Assembly (NCBI RefSeq): GCF_003428155.1
Contig: NZ_QLIR01000006.1
Coordinates: forward strand, 60,001 to 92,000
DNA from: Fastidiosibacter lacustris
Lineage (GTDB): Bacteria; Pseudomonadota; Gammaproteobacteria; Francisellales; Francisellaceae
Direction: 5' to 3'
Length of the DNA: 32,000 nt
Part shown: positions 30,840-32,000 of the stretch, piece after piece
Layout: the number at the start of each line of letters is the position of its first letter
Position numbering within the stretch: position 1 is the stretch's first letter
The notes under the pieces: model-generated
Seen by the model: only the letters and a program-made list of their open reading frames with translations
What the model was told of the DNA's origin: nothing
The model's database searches: none
Made by a program: the position numbers and the translations under genes

Positions 30840-31199
30840 GGATAACACAAGTTATTTTTTTGAAATTTATGTTTGTACAGGATGTTTTTTCATTTGAATA
30901 GCTTTATTGCACAAATTTTTCTATTCAATTAAAACCTGTTTATTGATGAATAAAGGAAATTAACCCATCACATCATGAATAAAGAAATCGACAACTTAAA
31001 CATTACTGAAATAGATGCCTATCCCAAGATATTAAATAGACACCGATGCTATAAAACCACGATTCTGTATTTAGTAAATACTCATCGTTTAAGGTTAGAC
31101 ACCTTTTAATTGTAGAAGCATAGCTTGTAGCTGCCTTACCCACCTTAATACTCTCCCCGGTAATCTTCGGTTCGCTCTCAGCTCCGCCATTTGCAACAT

Positions 31200-31841
31200 C
31201 TAACTATTAATAAAACTCGCTACTTCTTCATCATCGATCTGCTCAAAACCAGCGGAATTTAACTCACTCTTTATTTTTTCTATTTGGTTGACTCTTCCGA
31301 TTAATTGCATTGCTGCATGAGTCTCGCTATCGTCAAAAACTCTGCAAAGCACAATATCGTTAGCGTTACTAAAAATAGAATTCACATTTTCACTTGAAAT
31401 CCCATTTGTAGAATTATTAAAACAATCTAGTATGGATTGAGCGGATGTGTTTTTTGAGTTAAATACTAGAGATACATATCTATAGTGAGTAATTGAATTG
31501 AGAGGCAAACTTTTAATATCATTCGCCTCATTTTTTACTAAAGAATATACGCCTGTAGACTCATTCCTTATTAATACATCTCCCTCGCTAAACCCTTCTT
31601 TCAGTTGTTTCTTTAGTTTCAACTCCTGAACTTTTGAACCCGAAAAAGCTGTGCCAGTTGTTAGCCATTTAAAAACATATGGGAAAAAAGAGAGTAAAAC
31701 AGGAAGAAAACTAGTCCATATTTTTGTCAGGCTATCGATATCCCGCTGCAAGATAGTGATAGTAGCTAAACTACTATCGCCTGATTTTTTTGATTGTTCC
31801 CAAAGGTTTATACCTTCGTCGTACAAAAAAACTGGTTTCAT
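31200..31841 (-). CDS. Hypothetical protein, 213 aa, one central-N-terminal hydrophobic helix (IWTSFLPVLLSFFPYVFKWL); no recognisable family
   Basis: AGGA Shine-Dalgarno 6 nt before the ATG. The ATG lies 2 nt after the stop of the upstream partial ORF, which implies an operon. AT-rich, Asn/Ser-rich composition unlike the neighbouring core genes. Confidence 0.6.
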   Translation of the reverse strand: MKPVFLYDEGINLWEQSKKSGDSSLATITILQRDIDSLTKIWTSFLPVLLSFFPYVFKWLTTGTAFSGSKVQELKLKKQLKEGFSEGDVLIRNESTGVYSLVKNEANDIKSLPLNSITHYRYVSLVFNSKNTSAQSILDCFNNSTNGISSENVNSIFSNANDIVLCRVFDDSETHAAMQLIGRVNQIEKIKSELNSAGFEQIDDEEVASFINS

Positions 31842-31843
31842 TT

Positions 31844-32000
31844 TTAATCCTGCTTTATATAAGTATGGGAGTCAGCATTATTCTTTAAAGACTGCTTAAT
31901 ACCTTGAGCATTTCGCAGTTCACTGTTGAAATGAGAACCATGATTACCAAATTTATGTCCTAACGTATGCTCACGAATCGTAGCTGTACTTTCATCAGCA
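31844..32000 (-). CDS. 3' end (last 51 codons) of an unknown gene that continues beyond the right edge; His-rich C-terminus
   Basis: Hand translation of the minus strand gives ...ADESTATIREHTLGHKFGNHGSHFNSELRNAQGIKQSLKNNADSHTYIKQD, then TAA at 31846-31844. Absent from the track because it is truncated and short. Confidence 0.5.
   Translation of the reverse strand, partial: ADESTATIREHTLGHKFGNHGSHFNSELRNAQGIKQSLKNNADSHTYIKQD

Larger units (their letters stand above)
30680..30843 (+). ncRNA. Candidate small RNA with C-rich (anti-Shine-Dalgarno-like) loop and linker; 5' end undefined
   Basis: Hairpin at 30691-30715 with loop CACCCCCAT, followed by single-stranded-looking ACACCCCTCCCTACA. An 18-nt palindrome at 30798-30815 and the terminator module at 30819-30839 lie at the 3' end. 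No ORF of 60 aa or more on either strand. Confidence 0.2.

Noticed and set aside
31160-31192. CGGTTCGCTCTCAGCTCCGCCA resembles a tRNA or tmRNA 3' end (GGTTCG...CAGCTCC-N-CCA). That could mark an att site of an island integrated at ssrA or a tRNA.
   Set aside because: No T-arm can be folded, because the bases flanking the would-be T-loop do not pair. No matching direct repeat or full tRNA/tmRNA gene is nearby, and no integrase is visible. It is treated as coincidence and mentioned only under the GC-rich patch finding.
31651-31899. 82-aa plus-strand ORF overlapping the start of the 213-aa gene.
   Set aside because: It lies antisense to a better-supported gene pair (Shine-Dalgarno plus tight coupling), has no Shine-Dalgarno of its own, and has odd composition.

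Overview
The window is AT-rich and looks gammaproteobacterial. The MOMP-type porin and the ribosomal-protein sequences suggest a Legionellales-like organism, but that guess is low confidence and no search was possible. Most of the window is core housekeeping DNA.

Layout, left to right:
- 1-1053: a 5'-truncated outer-membrane porin.
- 1297-4235, minus strand: a three-gene cluster of FAD oxidoreductase, HAD-IIB phosphatase and AEC-family transporter.
- 4574-4735, minus strand: a tRNA-Thr/tRNA-Asp pair.
- 5078-11835, plus strand: yqhD-like alcohol dehydrogenase, a small membrane protein, glyQ, rmuC, a GDPD-CinA fusion ORF and purE.
- 11836-12526: a 690-bp ORF-free stretch.
- 12527-25862: an uninterrupted ribosomal-protein supercluster running rplC to rpsQ, rplN to rpmJ (including secY), and rpsM-rpsK-rpsD-rpoA-rplQ.
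- 25991-30347: a yfcH-like epimerase, hemH, rpoZ, tRNA-Val, rpsF-rpsR-rplI and a convergent adk.
- 30348-32000: the only clearly accessory-looking DNA. It holds a perfect 21-bp inverted pair of hairpin/T-run modules around a small ORF and a C-rich candidate sRNA. Beyond that lies a minus-strand operon of unrecognisable genes that runs off the right edge.

I see no complete, recognisable novel multi-gene system inside the window. The most interesting items are:
1. rplC heads the ribosomal-protein cluster without rpsJ and sits behind a long structured leader with an attenuator-like hairpin.
2. The accessory patch next to adk.
3. The GDPD-CinA fusion.

All product calls rest on my recognition of the translated sequences and on gene order. 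Promoter, terminator and RNA calls are motif and hairpin readings only.
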